Translations under genes and position numbers: made by a program
In this document: positions 17,690 to 32,138 of the stretch, one piece after another
Layout of the letters: every line of letters begins with the position of its first letter
How positions within the stretch are numbered: position 1 is the stretch's first letter
Assembly: GCA_964551845.1 (NCBI GenBank)
Contig: CAZKER010000283.1
Coordinates: forward strand, 1-35,319
Source of the DNA: an uncultured Cyanobium sp.
GTDB taxonomy: Bacteria > Cyanobacteriota > Cyanobacteriia > PCC-6307 > Cyanobiaceae
Direction: 5' to 3'
Length of the DNA stretch: 35,319 nt
The notes under the pieces: generated by a model
What the model saw: the letters and a program-made list of their open reading frames with translations, nothing else
Databases searched by the model: none
Told to the model about the DNA's origin: nothing

Positions 17690-18214
17690 TCAGCTGTCGC
17701 CTTCGGCGTGCTGTTTGAGCGCCCGGGCAAGACCGGACGGAACCTCGTTGATACCCACGGCCAACTTGGTAGCCACGGCATTGATCGCACCTGCGATCTG
17801 GGCCATGAGCACCTCCTTGGAGGGCAGATCTCCGATGGCCTTGATGTCGTTTTCGGAGAGGAGTTTGCCTTCGAAAAGGCCACCCTTCACCTCAGACTTC
17901 TTCGTGTCCTTCTGGAAGGACTGCACGGCCTTCACCGCACCACCCACATCGCCCTTAACCAGGACGAAAGCGTTGGTGCCGGTGAGCAGAGAATCGAGAT
18001 TCGACCAGGCGGTATTTCCATCAATGGCGCGGCGCATCAAGGTGTTTTTGGTCACCTTGCACACCCCCTTGCTGGCCTGCAGACGGGTCCGCAGATCAGA
18101 CATCTCCTTGATGGACAGGCCCTTGAAATCAAGGACGAGCGCCATTTCGGCCTCGCCGAGGAGCCCCTTGAGCTCATCGACGATCTGTTGCTTGCTCTCC
18201 AGCGTGCGGCCCAT
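17690..18214 (-). CDS. rplJ: 50S ribosomal protein L10
   Basis: [38 protein letters not shown]. Start re-assigned to ATG 18214. Confidence 0.98.
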   Translation of the reverse strand: MGRTLESKQQIVDELKGLLGEAEMALVLDFKGLSIKEMSDLRTRLQASKGVCKVTKNTLMRRAIDGNTAWSNLDSLLTGTNAFVLVKGDVGGAVKAVQSFQKDTKKSEVKGGLFEGKLLSENDIKAIGDLPSKEVLMAQIAGAINAVATKLAVGINEVPSGLARALKQHAEGDS

Positions 18215-18239
18215 AGGAAAGGAACGGATCAGGGGAACA

Positions 18240-18400
18240 AGCCGGGAACGCGGCCCGGGACGCTGATTTTCCCCAAAGGGAAGATCAACTCGAGGCCGCT
18301 GCACGTTCCACAACCCTTCCGGACGAATCCTTCCTGGTGCCAAACCTGTCGCGATCACCTCGGCAGGACTTATGGACCTAGATCCACCTGCTGTCTGGGG
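18240..18400 (-). promoter_or_regulatory. Ribosomal protein L10 leader (autogenous control RNA)
   Basis: Minus strand AGACAGCAGGTG...TAAGTCCTGCCGAGG upstream of rplJ. A -10-like TAGTGT lies at 18442-18437. Boundaries approximate. Confidence 0.7.
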
Positions 18401-18468
18401 TAGGGCGCGTGCCCTTCTGGACAAAGCCAGGAGAGCACACTACACACTGCCCATACCTGACCTCAGCC

Positions 18469-19941
18469 ATGCCTGCCTCTCGCCGCCGCAGCGTCATGCT
18501 GCTGCTCAGCTTGATCATGGCCCTGGTGGTCGGCCTGGCGATTCCAGCCAAAGCGGCCCCCGCCTGGACAGTGGGCACCGATCCCACCTACGCCCCCTTC
18601 GGCATGACAGATGGGGGCAGCGGCGAGCTGCGTGGCTTCGACATCGAGCTGATCGAAGCGATCGCCAAGCGCACTGGACATCGCCTCAAGCTCACGGCTC
18701 TGCCCTTCGATGGCCTGATACCTGCCCTGCAGGCGGGCAATCTCGACTTGGCGATCAGCGCCATGACGATCACCGCCGAACGGGCTGAGACCGTCGACTT
18801 TTCGCGTCCTTATTTTGCTGCTGGCTTGGGCATAGTTGTGCGGCGAGGCACCCGGGGCATCGCCAACCTCAAGGATCTAGAAGGGCGCACGATCGCCGTT
18901 CAGATCGGCTCCACCGGAGCAAAGGCCATGGCCGCCGTGCCCGGAGCCAAGCTCAGCACCTTTGACTCAGGTCCTCTGGCCCTGCAGGAGCTACTGAACG
19001 GCCATGTGGAGGCATATGTAAATGACCTGCCTGCCACCCTCTACGCGATCGAAACCGCTGGCCTCGATGGCATCGAGATCGCCGGCAAGCCCCTCACTAG
19101 CGACTTCTACGGCATCGCCTTCCCCAAGGGCTCTGGCCTGCGCGAATCAGTAAATAAGGGCCTGGGCCAGGTACTGGCCGATGGCAGCTACGCCCGTATC
19201 TATGAGCGCTGGTTTGGGCAGAGCCCGCCACCCCTGCCCCAGCGAGCCCCTGCTCTCGATAGCCGCAGCAATAGCGCCGGGCTTGACGCAGTGCAGTTGC
19301 TGCGCAATTTGATCCGCGGGGCTGGCGTGACCCTGGCGCTGACCCTCTGCTCCTTTTGCTTGGGACTGATCGGAGCCGGCCTGGTAACTGCCGGGCTGCT
19401 GGGTAAAAACACAGTGATGCAGCGCAGCTGCAGGATCTACGTCGACTTCTTTCGCGGCACCCCAATTTTGGTGCAGCTGTTCGTGATCTACTTCGGCGTG
19501 CCTGCCCTAGCCCGGCAACTGGGAATAGAGCTGCAATTGGATCGCTTCGCCGCAGCCGTACTCGCCTTAGGGCTCAATGGCGCGGCCTACCTGGCGGAAA
19601 CCTTGCGAGCAGGCATTCTTTCCATTGACCGCGGCCAATGGGAAGCAGCCAGGGTCCTCGGGCTGCGACCCCTCACGGCTTTGCAGTTAGTGATCTTGCC
19701 CCAGGCCCTGCAGCGGGTGCTGCCCTCCTTAGCCAATGAGTTCATCACGCTGATTAAGGACACCAGCCTGGCCGCGGTCATCGGCTTCGACGAACTTTTC
19801 CGCCAAGGGCAGCTGGTGGTGGCCACCAGCTACCGGGCGTTTGAGGTTTACCTAGCGGTGGCCTTGGTGTATCTAGTGATGACCACCACGGCCTCACTGC
19901 TGTTCAAGCAGCTGGAGCGGAAACTTACGCGTCCTGCTTGA
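18469..19941 (+). CDS. Polar amino-acid ABC transporter, fused substrate-binding and permease protein (BgtB/GlnH-GlnP-like)
   Basis: Signal peptide. SBP motifs [46 protein letters not shown]. Permease motifs [30 protein letters not shown]. Confidence 0.93.
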   Translation: MPASRRRSVMLLLSLIMALVVGLAIPAKAAPAWTVGTDPTYAPFGMTDGGSGELRGFDIELIEAIAKRTGHRLKLTALPFDGLIPALQAGNLDLAISAMTITAERAETVDFSRPYFAAGLGIVVRRGTRGIANLKDLEGRTIAVQIGSTGAKAMAAVPGAKLSTFDSGPLALQELLNGHVEAYVNDLPATLYAIETAGLDGIEIAGKPLTSDFYGIAFPKGSGLRESVNKGLGQVLADGSYARIYERWFGQSPPPLPQRAPALDSRSNSAGLDAVQLLRNLIRGAGVTLALTLCSFCLGLIGAGLVTAGLLGKNTVMQRSCRIYVDFFRGTPILVQLFVIYFGVPALARQLGIELQLDRFAAAVLALGLNGAAYLAETLRAGILSIDRGQWEAARVLGLRPLTALQLVILPQALQRVLPSLANEFITLIKDTSLAAVIGFDELFRQGQLVVATSYRAFEVYLAVALVYLVMTTTASLLFKQLERKLTRPA

Positions 19942-20632
19942 TGTCCTGCAGGGCGGAGAAGTCGACTTCCACCGAAGGGCCCATGGTGGAGGTCACATAG
20001 AGGCTCCTCCAGTAGCGGCCTTTGGCACCGCTGGGCTTGTTGCGATCGATGGTTTCCTGCAGGGCCTTGAGGTTGTCGAGCAAGTTGGCCGCAGTGAAGC
20101 TGGCCTTGCCAAAGCGCACGTGCACGATGCCGGTGCGGTCGGCGCGGAACTCGAGCTTGCCGGCCTTGAACTCGTTGATGGCGCCCGCCAGATCGGTGGT
20201 GACGGTGCCGGCCTTGGGATTCGGCATCAAGCCGCGGGGGCCGAGCACCCGGCCCAGCTTGGCCACCTTGGGCATCATGTCCGGGGTGGCAATCAGCAGG
20301 TCGAAGTTCATCTCGCCCTTAGCGATCTGATCCACCAGGTCGTCGTCACCGGCGAGGTCGGCACCGGCAGCCTTGGCGGCGGCCACAGCTTCACCGCGGG
20401 CGATCACCGCGATGCGAATCGACTGGCCGGTGCCATGGGGCAGGGCAACGGTGGTGCGCAGCTGCTGGTCGGTGTATTTGGGATCGATCCCGAGGCGCAC
20501 GTGGGCCTCCAGGGTCTCGTCGAATTTGGCGTTGGCGTTGGTCTGAACCAGCTCTATGGCCTCGAGGGGTCCATAGCTACGGTCTTCGACCTTGGCGCTG
20601 AGCGCAGAGAAGCGCTTAGAGATTTTCGGCAT
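19925..20632 (-). CDS. rplA: 50S ribosomal protein L1
   Basis: [46 protein letters not shown]. Confidence 0.99.
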   Translation of the reverse strand: MPKISKRFSALSAKVEDRSYGPLEAIELVQTNANAKFDETLEAHVRLGIDPKYTDQQLRTTVALPHGTGQSIRIAVIARGEAVAAAKAAGADLAGDDDLVDQIAKGEMNFDLLIATPDMMPKVAKLGRVLGPRGLMPNPKAGTVTTDLAGAINEFKAGKLEFRADRTGIVHVRFGKASFTAANLLDNLKALQETIDRNKPSGAKGRYWRSLYVTSTMGPSVEVDFSALQDIKQDA

Positions 20633-20712
20633 GGTGGGGATGGGGTACGGGCGATTCAGGGCGTGGCTGTTGAGCAGATGAACCGGTCAAGGCTGCCTGG
20701 ATCTCCCCCGGA
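20633..20712 (-). promoter_or_regulatory. Possible L1-binding mRNA structure between rplK and rplA
   Basis: Minus strand GGGGGAG...GTACCCC flanking a CAGGC/GCCCTG helix. Resemblance only. Confidence 0.3.
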
Positions 20713-20725
20713 TAGAGGGATGGAA

Positions 20726-21151
20726 TTAATCGTTAACGGCGACGCCCATGTTGCGGGCGGTGCCTTCGATGATGCGCATGGCCGATTCAACGCTGGTGCA
20801 GTTGAGGTCGGGCAGCTTGGTCTTGGCGATCTCCTCGAGCTGGGCGCGGCTGATGGCACCCACCGAACCCTTGGCAGAGGTGGGAGCACCCTTCTCGATA
20901 CCGGCTGCCTTGGAGATCAGCACGGAGGCGGGAGGGGTTTTGGTGATGAAGGTGAAGCTGCGGTCTTCAAAGACCGAAATTTCAACCGGAATCACATATC
21001 CAGCCTTCTCCTGCGTCCGAGCGTTGTACTCCTTGCAGAACGCCATGATGTTGACGCCGTGCTGACCGAGGGCAGGGCCCACCGGCGGCGCGGGGTTGGC
21101 TTTGCCAGCCTGAAGGGCCAGCTTGATAACGGCAACGACTTTCTTGGCCAT
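20726..21151 (-). CDS. rplK: 50S ribosomal protein L11
   Basis: [41 protein letters not shown]. Confidence 0.99.
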   Translation of the reverse strand: MAKKVVAVIKLALQAGKANPAPPVGPALGQHGVNIMAFCKEYNARTQEKAGYVIPVEISVFEDRSFTFITKTPPASVLISKAAGIEKGAPTSAKGSVGAISRAQLEEIAKTKLPDLNCTSVESAMRIIEGTARNMGVAVND

Positions 21152-21255
21152 CGTCTAAGGCTACGGGGCGAATCTGCGGATCACCCCCATCGCCGGGGAT
21201 GTGAACTGGAACGGCCGTCCTCCGCAGGGAGACGGCCGCTGAGCGGGGCCGAGGC

Positions 21256-21969
21256 CTAGCTCTGTTTGCTGATCTGGGAAAACTCGAGCTCCACCGGGGT
21301 TTCCCGGCCGAAGATCGAGAGCAGCGCCTTGAGCTTGTTGCGCTCGCCGGAAACCTCGATCACTTCGCCTTGGAAGTCCTTGAAAGGACCGGCCGTGACC
21401 AGGATCTGATCGCCTTCGGTGAGATCCACCTTGACGACAGCCTTCTTCTCGGCAGCCCGCTTGAAGATGCGATCCACCTCCGTGCGGCTGAGCGGACGGG
21501 GCTTGATGTGGCCACGGGCCTTAGCGGTGGCTCGCCGCTCCTCCGCTCCCACGAAATTGATCACGTTGGGAGTGCTGCGCACCGCCATCATTGTGTCTTC
21601 ATCGAGCACCATTCGCACCAGCACGTAGCCGGGAAACACCTTCTCCTCAGTGCTCTGGCGGGAGCCATCCTTCTTCAGCTTCATCCCCGGGGTCTGGGGG
21701 ATCTCGATCTCGAGGATTCGGTTGTCGACGCCAAGGGTCACAGCCCGCTGCTCCAGGGTGGCTTTCACCTTCTTCTCGCAGCTGGAAGCAACTTGCACGG
21801 CGTACCAGCGGGCCACCTGCATCTTCTCAACGGGGGCCGGCGCCTCCAGCACTTCGGCAGCCGGCGCCAGCACTTCAGCCGCAGGCGCAGTGGTTTCGGC
21901 CACAGGCGCAGTGGCTTCGGCCGCAGGCGCAGTGGCTTCGATAGGGCTGTCGGTCAGGGGCTCAGACAC
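21256..21969 (-). CDS. nusG: Transcription termination/antitermination factor NusG with repetitive N-terminal extension
   Basis: WYAVQVASSCEKKV, KVFPGYVLVRM, KOW GPFKDFQGEV, IFGRETPVELEF. Start re-assigned to GTG 21969. Confidence 0.97.
   Translation of the reverse strand: MSEPLTDSPIEATAPAAEATAPVAETTAPAAEVLAPAAEVLEAPAPVEKMQVARWYAVQVASSCEKKVKATLEQRAVTLGVDNRILEIEIPQTPGMKLKKDGSRQSTEEKVFPGYVLVRMVLDEDTMMAVRSTPNVINFVGAEERRATAKARGHIKPRPLSRTEVDRIFKRAAEKKAVVKVDLTEGDQILVTAGPFKDFQGEVIEVSGERNKLKALLSIFGRETPVELEFSQISKQS
21835..21939 (-). repeat. About 5 imperfect 21-bp in-frame tandem repeats in nusG
   Basis: Encodes EATAPAA EATAPVA ETTAPAA EVLAPAA EVLEAPA. Confidence 0.85.
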
Positions 21970-22022
21970 AGGGATCAGGGAAGGAACGGGATCAACGGGC
22001 GGGGGATCAACTTCGGATCGGC

Positions 22023-22283
22023 TCAACGGAACACCTGGGTGGCCCCCCAGCCATAAAAGCGATCTATCGCAGCGATCGCTGCCGCCGAAAGACTCACCAT
22101 CAAGATCACTGCCACAGATTCACTGAACAGCTGCTGACGACTGGGCCAGACGACCTTGCGTAGTTCCGCCAAGGTGGCGGCAGCAAAGCCCTCAGGCACC
22201 GCCGATGCTGCGGCAGGCGAAATGGACTGATCTGGGCTGGGATCTGCCTCTTGGGAGTCGGTAGTTGGGGGGGTTGGGTCCAC
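22023..22283 (-). CDS. secE: Preprotein translocase subunit SecE
   Basis: ELRKVVWPSRQQL motif plus a single TM, upstream of nusG. Confidence 0.95.
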   Translation of the reverse strand: MDPTPPTTDSQEADPSPDQSISPAAASAVPEGFAAATLAELRKVVWPSRQQLFSESVAVILMVSLSAAAIAAIDRFYGWGATQVFR

Positions 22284-22330
22284 TGGCGCTCGCGCACGGG
22301 GGCGTCCGCGCGTACCGGCAAACGAACACC

Positions 22331-25078
<2,748 letters not shown>

Positions 25079-25089
25079 GGGCTTGGCGG

Positions 25090-25482
25090 TCAGCCGCGGG
25101 AGGAGAGCTGGATCAGTTCCACCTTGTAGCCATCAGGATCTTCCACAAAGGCGATCACCGTGTTGCCGTGCTTCATCGGACCTGGCTCGCGCACAACCTT
25201 GCCGCCCTTGGCCCTGATTGCATCGCAAACCGACTGGATGTCCTCAACTCCCAGGGCAATGTGGCCATAGCCCCCACCGAGGTCGTAGTGACTGATATCC
25301 CAGTTATGGGTTAGCTCCAGCACGGTGCTGTCCTGCTCCTCGCCATAACCCACAAAGGCCAGGGTGAAGCGGCCGGAGGGGTAGTCCTTACGGCGCAGCA
25401 TCCGCATCCCCAACACCTCCGTATAAAAGCTGAGGGAGCGCTCCAGATCGCCAACCCTGAGCATGGTGTGCAGCATGCGCAT
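25090..25482 (-). CDS. gloA: Lactoylglutathione lyase (glyoxalase I)
   Basis: [43 protein letters not shown]. True start is 25482; the upstream part of the listed ORF is an eno antisense shadow. Confidence 0.96.
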   Translation of the reverse strand: MRMLHTMLRVGDLERSLSFYTEVLGMRMLRRKDYPSGRFTLAFVGYGEEQDSTVLELTHNWDISHYDLGGGYGHIALGVEDIQSVCDAIRAKGGKVVREPGPMKHGNTVIAFVEDPDGYKVELIQLSSRG

Positions 25483-25590
25483 CAGCAGATCAGGCCAGGC
25501 ATCAACCCGGGCACAACGACTTCCATTGTGGCGAGCAACTCCAAGAGCGGTACCCATCCGCACAAAAGGGGCGGTAGGGGTGACCCATAG

Positions 25591-26919
<1,329 letters not shown>

Positions 26920-26927
26920 GCCGGGAT

Positions 26928-28577
26928 TCAGCCAACGCCCGGCAATTGATCAATCCGGCCATCGCGCTTGAGCCGGCCCTGAAGCTTGAGCCAGCTAAGC
27001 CCCACGGGCAGGCTGGCCACAAGGGGAATGATCACCAGGACTGGCCGGGCACTGGCCGCTAGCAGGGCGGCTGCAACGGCCAAACCTGCTAGAAGCATCG
27101 ACTGACCGGCAGCCTGCTGGGCCAGGGCCAGGCGCCGCAACAGGCGATCGGTTTCACCGGCGCGAATCTGCACCTGCAGATCACCCTGCTCGATGCGGGC
27201 CAGGCTGTCGTCGAGGCGCTTGGGAATACCGAGGGCGCGGCTGCCTACCTCGGCCGCCTGGCGCGAGATTTCGTTGAACAGATCGTTTGCACCACCGCCG
27301 CCGCTTGAAGTCATCAGAGGAAGTAAGTAGGGGCGGGCAATCGCTACCAAACTAAAGCCGCTATCGAGGCTGCGGCCGACCCCCTCGAAGGTGGAGAGGG
27401 CACGCATCACAAAGATCAGTTCCGGGGGCAACCTGAAGGGCTGGCCGTAAACGAGGTCATATAGGTCGCCAGATAACCGCTCCAGCACGTTGGCAGAGAA
27501 AGGTGGGGTCAGCGCTTCGTCCAGCATCACCCGCACCAGGCGGCGCACCGGACCTAGATCGACGCCGGGGGCAATCACGCCAGCCTGCTGCAACTCCTTC
27601 ACCAGGCCAGCGGCATCTCGGCCAGCTGCTGCCCGCACCATGCTGCCCAGCCGGCCCCGCAGGCGACTAGAGAGCTGTCCCATCATGCCGAAGTCGTAGT
27701 AGATAAGCGCTCCATCGGCAGCAACGGCCAGGTTGCCGGGGTGGGGATCGGCGTGGAAAAAACCAAAGCGCACCAGTTGCTGCAGGTAGCTGGCGGCGCC
27801 CTTTTCAGCCACAGCGGCGGGCACGATTCCGGCCGCCAGCAAAGCCTGGCGATCAGTGATCTTGATGCCTGGCACGTAGTCGAGGCAGAGCACCCGGCGG
27901 GTACTCAATTCCCAAACCACGGCCGGAATGCGGATGCCGGGATCATCGAGAAACTGCTGGCGGAAGCGGGCCGCGTGCTCGGCCTCCAGCCGGAAATCAA
28001 GCTCCCGCAGCAACACTCGCCGGCACTCCTGGGCGATGCCGATCCAGTCGCGGCCGCGACCCCAGCGGGGATGGCGCTGCACCGCCGCCGCAACTTGTTG
28101 CATCACCTCTAGGTCGAGCCGGAAGGTGCGCTCCAGGCCAGGGCGCTGCACTTTGAGCACGACCTGACGGCCGCTGCGCAGACTGGCGCGGTGCACCTGC
28201 GCCAGGCTGGCCGAACCGAGGGGCTCGCTCTCCAGGTCAATGATCTCGGCGCAGCGCTCACCCAACTCCTGCTCCAGCAGGTCCTGCACCACGGCAAAGG
28301 GGAAGGCGGGCACCCGGTCCTGCAGGGTGGCCAACTCCTCCACAAGGTCGGCGGGCAGCACGTCGGGACGGGCCGACAACAGCTGTCCCAGCTTGATGAA
28401 GGCCGAGCCCAGCCCGAGAAACTCCTTAGTGAGCCAGCGGGCCCGGCGGCGCTGACGGCGCTGCTGCCGCCCAGGGGTGACACCGCCCAAATAGCTCCAA
28501 GCCTGAGCGTCCCACCACAGGCCCAGCAAAAGGGCCAGGGCCAACCACCAGATGCGCAGCGGCCGCAGCAGGATCAC
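26928..28577 (-). CDS. AarF/ABC1/UbiB-family atypical kinase
   Basis: FIKLGQLLSARPD, SASLAQVH, VLKVQRP, FFHADPHPGN, YDFGM, C-terminal TM. Confidence 0.95.
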   Translation of the reverse strand: MILLRPLRIWWLALALLLGLWWDAQAWSYLGGVTPGRQQRRQRRRARWLTKEFLGLGSAFIKLGQLLSARPDVLPADLVEELATLQDRVPAFPFAVVQDLLEQELGERCAEIIDLESEPLGSASLAQVHRASLRSGRQVVLKVQRPGLERTFRLDLEVMQQVAAAVQRHPRWGRGRDWIGIAQECRRVLLRELDFRLEAEHAARFRQQFLDDPGIRIPAVVWELSTRRVLCLDYVPGIKITDRQALLAAGIVPAAVAEKGAASYLQQLVRFGFFHADPHPGNLAVAADGALIYYDFGMMGQLSSRLRGRLGSMVRAAAGRDAAGLVKELQQAGVIAPGVDLGPVRRLVRVMLDEALTPPFSANVLERLSGDLYDLVYGQPFRLPPELIFVMRALSTFEGVGRSLDSGFSLVAIARPYLLPLMTSSGGGGANDLFNEISRQAAEVGSRALGIPKRLDDSLARIEQGDLQVQIRAGETDRLLRRLALAQQAAGQSMLLAGLAVAAALLAASARPVLVIIPLVASLPVGLSWLKLQGRLKRDGRIDQLPGVG

Positions 28578-28870
28578 GAAGCCTGGTCCATTCGGCGGGC
28601 CATGGCCGCCACCCGGGCGCGCAGGGCATCAATTTGAGCTTGGGTATCAGCAGGCGGTGCCGTAATGCTTACTTCAAGCTCATCGCCCCTTTCGATGCGG
28701 GCAGCCTCAGCCTCCACCTCATCCCAGAAAAGCTGCAACTCTTGTCGTAGCCGCTCCGGAGCATCCTGAGCCAGCAGGGCCAGGTTGGCGGCAGCATCAA
28801 CAAGGCCGCTGCCTAAACGGGCCCCCAGACGCTGGAGAGCAGCTTGTACGAGCGATTGAGGCGCACTCAT
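28574..28870 (-). CDS. Conserved cyanobacterial hypothetical protein
   Basis: Coupled overlaps with both neighbours. DAPERLRQELQLFWDEVEAEA and IDALRARVA. Confidence 0.75.
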   Translation of the reverse strand: MSAPQSLVQAALQRLGARLGSGLVDAAANLALLAQDAPERLRQELQLFWDEVEAEAARIERGDELEVSITAPPADTQAQIDALRARVAAMARRMDQAS

Positions 28871-29328
28871 TGAGGCCCGACTGCAGGTGTGGACTGTGGC
28901 AGATCAGCGCCAGGCAACTCTGGCGGTGGCGGTGGAGCTGGCGCTGGGGATGAGGCTGAGGGTGATTGTGGTTGTGGCGGAGCATCCAGGCTGGGCGCCT
29001 CTTTGAGCTCAGCCTCCGGTTCAGGCGCCGGCTGAGGCTCGGCGTCGCTCTGTTGCTCGAGCGGCAATGGATCAGCGTCGCCGCGAATCTCCTGATCCTC
29101 AGCGCCGAAGCGCAGCCGCAGGCTTTCCAGCGAGGTGCCTGGGAAGGGCCGCACTTCAAAACCCTGACCCAGGCGCACCAGAGAAGGCAGCTGCAGGGAG
29201 AGCAGCCGCTGGGTGACGCCATAACCGAGGCCAAAACACACGCCCACCAGCAGCGGTACCTGCCACAGGGGACGGGAATGAGCTGGCGGAGTTGCTTTAG
29301 CCGAAGCAGCTGGAGGCATAGCTGTCAA
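28867..29328 (-). CDS. Hypothetical membrane-anchored Pro-rich protein
   Basis: TM segment GVCFGLGYGVTQRLL and PFPGTSLESLR. ATGA overlap with the next gene. Confidence 0.7.
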   Translation of the reverse strand: MTAMPPAASAKATPPAHSRPLWQVPLLVGVCFGLGYGVTQRLLSLQLPSLVRLGQGFEVRPFPGTSLESLRLRFGAEDQEIRGDADPLPLEQQSDAEPQPAPEPEAELKEAPSLDAPPQPQSPSASSPAPAPPPPPELPGADLPQSTPAVGPQ

Positions 29329-29401
29329 ATCTAGGAGGAGGGGCTTTGCTGGGGGAGTTCTTGCCTAAAAGCAAATGGCCCTAATTCCACGCTGGCGCTT
29401 C

Positions 29402-29548
29402 ATGAGCGACGAAGCCAAAGCCTTGACGAAACGCGCCGCGGTCTCGTTTTCAGTGCTGGTGCTGGTGGCAATCGTGTTCCGAGCGCTCGTGCCATGGGCG
29501 CTGCTAGCACTTGTCGCTTGGTGGGCCTGGAAAACGGCCAGCAAGTAA
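29402..29548 (+). CDS. Small (48 aa) membrane protein, below ORF-track cutoff
   Basis: MSDEAKALTKRAAVSFSVLVLVAIVFRALVPWALLALVAWWAWKTASK. In-frame upstream ATG at 29375 is possible. Confidence 0.6.
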   Translation: MSDEAKALTKRAAVSFSVLVLVAIVFRALVPWALLALVAWWAWKTASK

Positions 29549-30091
29549 ACGCCAATAAAAAAGCGGACCCGTCCAGGACCGCTCGATGACCAAGCATTAA
29601 CTATATCACAATTTGTAACGCCTCCTGGGGCGGCTCCGCTGCTTATCACTTAGCCAATGGTCTTGGCCTGAAATTCGCCCCGCCTCGAAGCCACCATGCT
29701 GCCGAAAGAGTTGCTTTCTTTGGCAATAAAATCGCCGAAGCCGGAGGCCAAGGCCCGGCCTTCCAATGGACACATTTGCATCGCGGACGGCAAAAAGTAC
29801 GAAAACATAAGCAAGGCCAATCTGCAGCTATTAGCGCCTTAGCCAAGTCACATGATTAAAATTACGGTGAATTCACTTAGATTTTTGAAGCATTCAGCGT
29901 GCCCAAGTTGCGCAACACGCCCCTTAAACCTTCACCATTGCGGAGATCAAGTGGTGCTATCCAAGCCAGCAGCAGGTATTCCCATACAAAAGACTATCCC
30001 CCATTCTATCGACTAGATCGATCTAGGCTTAGCAACGCACCTCCGCTGAACTCTCAGCGGCCAAAACCGCAATGGTGGCAGGCCGCTATTC

Positions 30092-30265
30092 TCATCTCCG
30101 TTCATTCTTCCAGATCCTTTCCAGTGAGCTGCGAAACTCGCCTACGCCCATTGGTCGCGCCAGGTCACGCTTTTTAAAAACGCTACTGATCCACCAGACC
30201 TGAAGACCACCAAACGCCAGGGCGACCAGACCAAGTTGTATGTATCCCCAATTAAGGTGCTCCAT
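30092..30265 (-). CDS. Small (57 aa) single-TM protein
   Basis: MEHLNWGYIQLGLVALAFGGLQVWWISSVFKKRDLARPMGVGEFRSSLERIWKNERR. Confidence 0.6.
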   Translation of the reverse strand: MEHLNWGYIQLGLVALAFGGLQVWWISSVFKKRDLARPMGVGEFRSSLERIWKNERR

Positions 30266-30497
30266 CACACCGTTTGCTGATCCTTCAGCCAAATGCGCTC
30301 CAAAGTCTTCCTGAACTTCTCCGTGCTGGAACGGCTACCCAAGAGGTGCCTTCGGAACAGGCTGGTCAAACGCCAAAATTTGATCCCTGCTGCAACCGCA
30401 AACACTGCCCAGGGCAGCAGCATCCAAAGGGGGTTGCTCGTCACGATGCTGCTTTCCTCGATCCAATCCTTTAATCAGTGTAGGAACTCCTGAAGCA

Positions 30498-30701
30498 ATG
30501 ACCTTCACCATCAACACCCACGACTCCTGGGGCATCGTGAAGGTCGGTGACTTCCAATCCCTAGAGGAGGCACGGCGCGCGTTCAGGGCTCTCTGCCAAG
30601 ACCCCTGGTATCAGCAGGATGGGGGCATCAAAGGGCTGGAATTGGTGCAAGACACTGATGGGGCAAAAGGTCAAAGACTGGACTGGTTTGCCTTTAGGTA
30701 G
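30498..30701 (+). CDS. Small hypothetical protein (67 aa)
   Basis: Protein-like composition: INTHDSWG...FQSLEEARRAFRALCQDPWYQQDG. Confidence 0.65.
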   Translation: MTFTINTHDSWGIVKVGDFQSLEEARRAFRALCQDPWYQQDGGIKGLELVQDTDGAKGQRLDWFAFR

Positions 30702-31128
30702 TTACGTCGTGTAATCGGCGTTGATGTGGACGTAACACAAGACTGGTTGCAGCAACTGAATTTAAGGATATCTGAATTACTGGAAACATTTTCGAAGCCG
30801 GATACGATGATACCTGCTTCGGCTAGCGCGCTCCTACCGAAAAGCTCAGGATATAGCAGAAGAAATAATGAGATCCAGAAGCGACCCTGATTAATCCGCT
30901 AGGTGGTGTCCGCCTGGCTCGCTCGGCCTATTAGCGATGCAAACGCACGAACCACGGTGGATCTCAACGTGCACTGATGCGCTTAGGCGTAAAAAATATT
31001 ATGAGCAAACGGCCCAGGCAAGTTTCCCATCTTGCAATATTCGCAAATAAACTTGATTTTTTTGCCGCATATTTGTATTGACTTGCCGGGCAAAGCGCGA
31101 TATTTTGGTGGTGAAAGTTAATTAGTAC

Positions 31129-32007
31129 GTGGTAGTTACAATTGCACAACTTGACTGTTTGGATTTACTGATCTGGTTGCGCTTAGGTTCTGAGGTGCGG
31201 AAGCGCGTCGGTTTTGCGCCATCGTCAATTAGTCGTGCGTTGCAGCGAGTTTCCAGTGCTTTTGGCGTATCCGTAGTTAAGCACGATGGGGAATGGTATG
31301 TCTTGGGTGACGACAAATTACTCAATATGGAGCGCATGGTCCATCAGAAGAACCGCTGGGTTGCGGATCTGCCACTCCGCCTTGAGGCGCAATACTTTTC
31401 CGCTTCATTATTGCGTGATTTCTTGCCAAGAGATTGGATTAAAGGCAATCTTGATTACATGGAGGTTGGCGCTCCATTGCAGCACCTACGCAACGGGGTG
31501 ATCGACGCCTGGATCGGTTTTTTTCCTGATGTGCCAGCAAAAAATGATCAGGACCTCTGCTGCGTAGATCTGATCAAACTGCCAGTTCATCTAGTTGTAG
31601 CTGCCAAACATCCCCTGGTTGCCCTAGGTGATGGGGTAACGCTCACGGATGTCAAATGCCACCCTTCTCTGGCACTTCCCGATAATGCTTTTCCCTATTT
31701 TCAGGCAAGGATGCAGGAGCTGGGATTATGGAACCTACCTATGCTATTAAAACGCCACAACTACGATAAGTGGGAGAGGCAGGTAACTGATAGCGGAATT
31801 ATTGGATATGCCACTCCATCTATGATTAATTTATTTGATTCATCACGGATACTCCTGCCGATCCATATCCCACTAGAAGTGGGAGAAACTCTGGTTGTGC
31901 GTCGGGAGTATGCGACGCATCCCCGCTTTGAGGGACTAGTCAGTGATCTAAAGAGTCGGGCAGTGGAGTTGCAGCAGCGGTTTTTGGATGTACGCCTGTG
32001 TTTCTAA
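31129..32007 (+). CDS. LysR-family-like transcriptional regulator
   Basis: N-terminal HTH (LDLLIWLRLGSEV...APSSISRAL). Substrate domain LRNGVIDAW, LVVAAKHPL, PSLALP. Confidence 0.78.
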   Translation: MVVTIAQLDCLDLLIWLRLGSEVRKRVGFAPSSISRALQRVSSAFGVSVVKHDGEWYVLGDDKLLNMERMVHQKNRWVADLPLRLEAQYFSASLLRDFLPRDWIKGNLDYMEVGAPLQHLRNGVIDAWIGFFPDVPAKNDQDLCCVDLIKLPVHLVVAAKHPLVALGDGVTLTDVKCHPSLALPDNAFPYFQARMQELGLWNLPMLLKRHNYDKWERQVTDSGIIGYATPSMINLFDSSRILLPIHIPLEVGETLVVRREYATHPRFEGLVSDLKSRAVELQQRFLDVRLCF

Positions 32008-32138
32008 GGGCAGCGAGGATTGGGAGCTTTAACATCTTTCACCTGAGACTCAGATAACCCCCATAACTCCAACCCCAACCCCGCCAACGCTGGGGAGCGA
32101 GAGAACTCGACGGCAGTGGTTTCTCGCTTGAGGAGTTC

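Noticed and set aside
29329..29400. Search for a tRNA/att site at the island's left flank
   Set aside because: No cloverleaf, T-loop motif or duplicated att-like sequence found by eye.
29595..29622. AT-rich ATCACAATTTGTAAC resembling a CRP/NtcA-type site
   Set aside because: Does not match TGTGA-N6-TCACA or GTA-N8-TAC, and no clear target gene.
29646..29900. Short ORFs on both strands (66 aa minus; 48 aa plus from 29696)
   Set aside because: No recognisable motif or basis to choose a frame.
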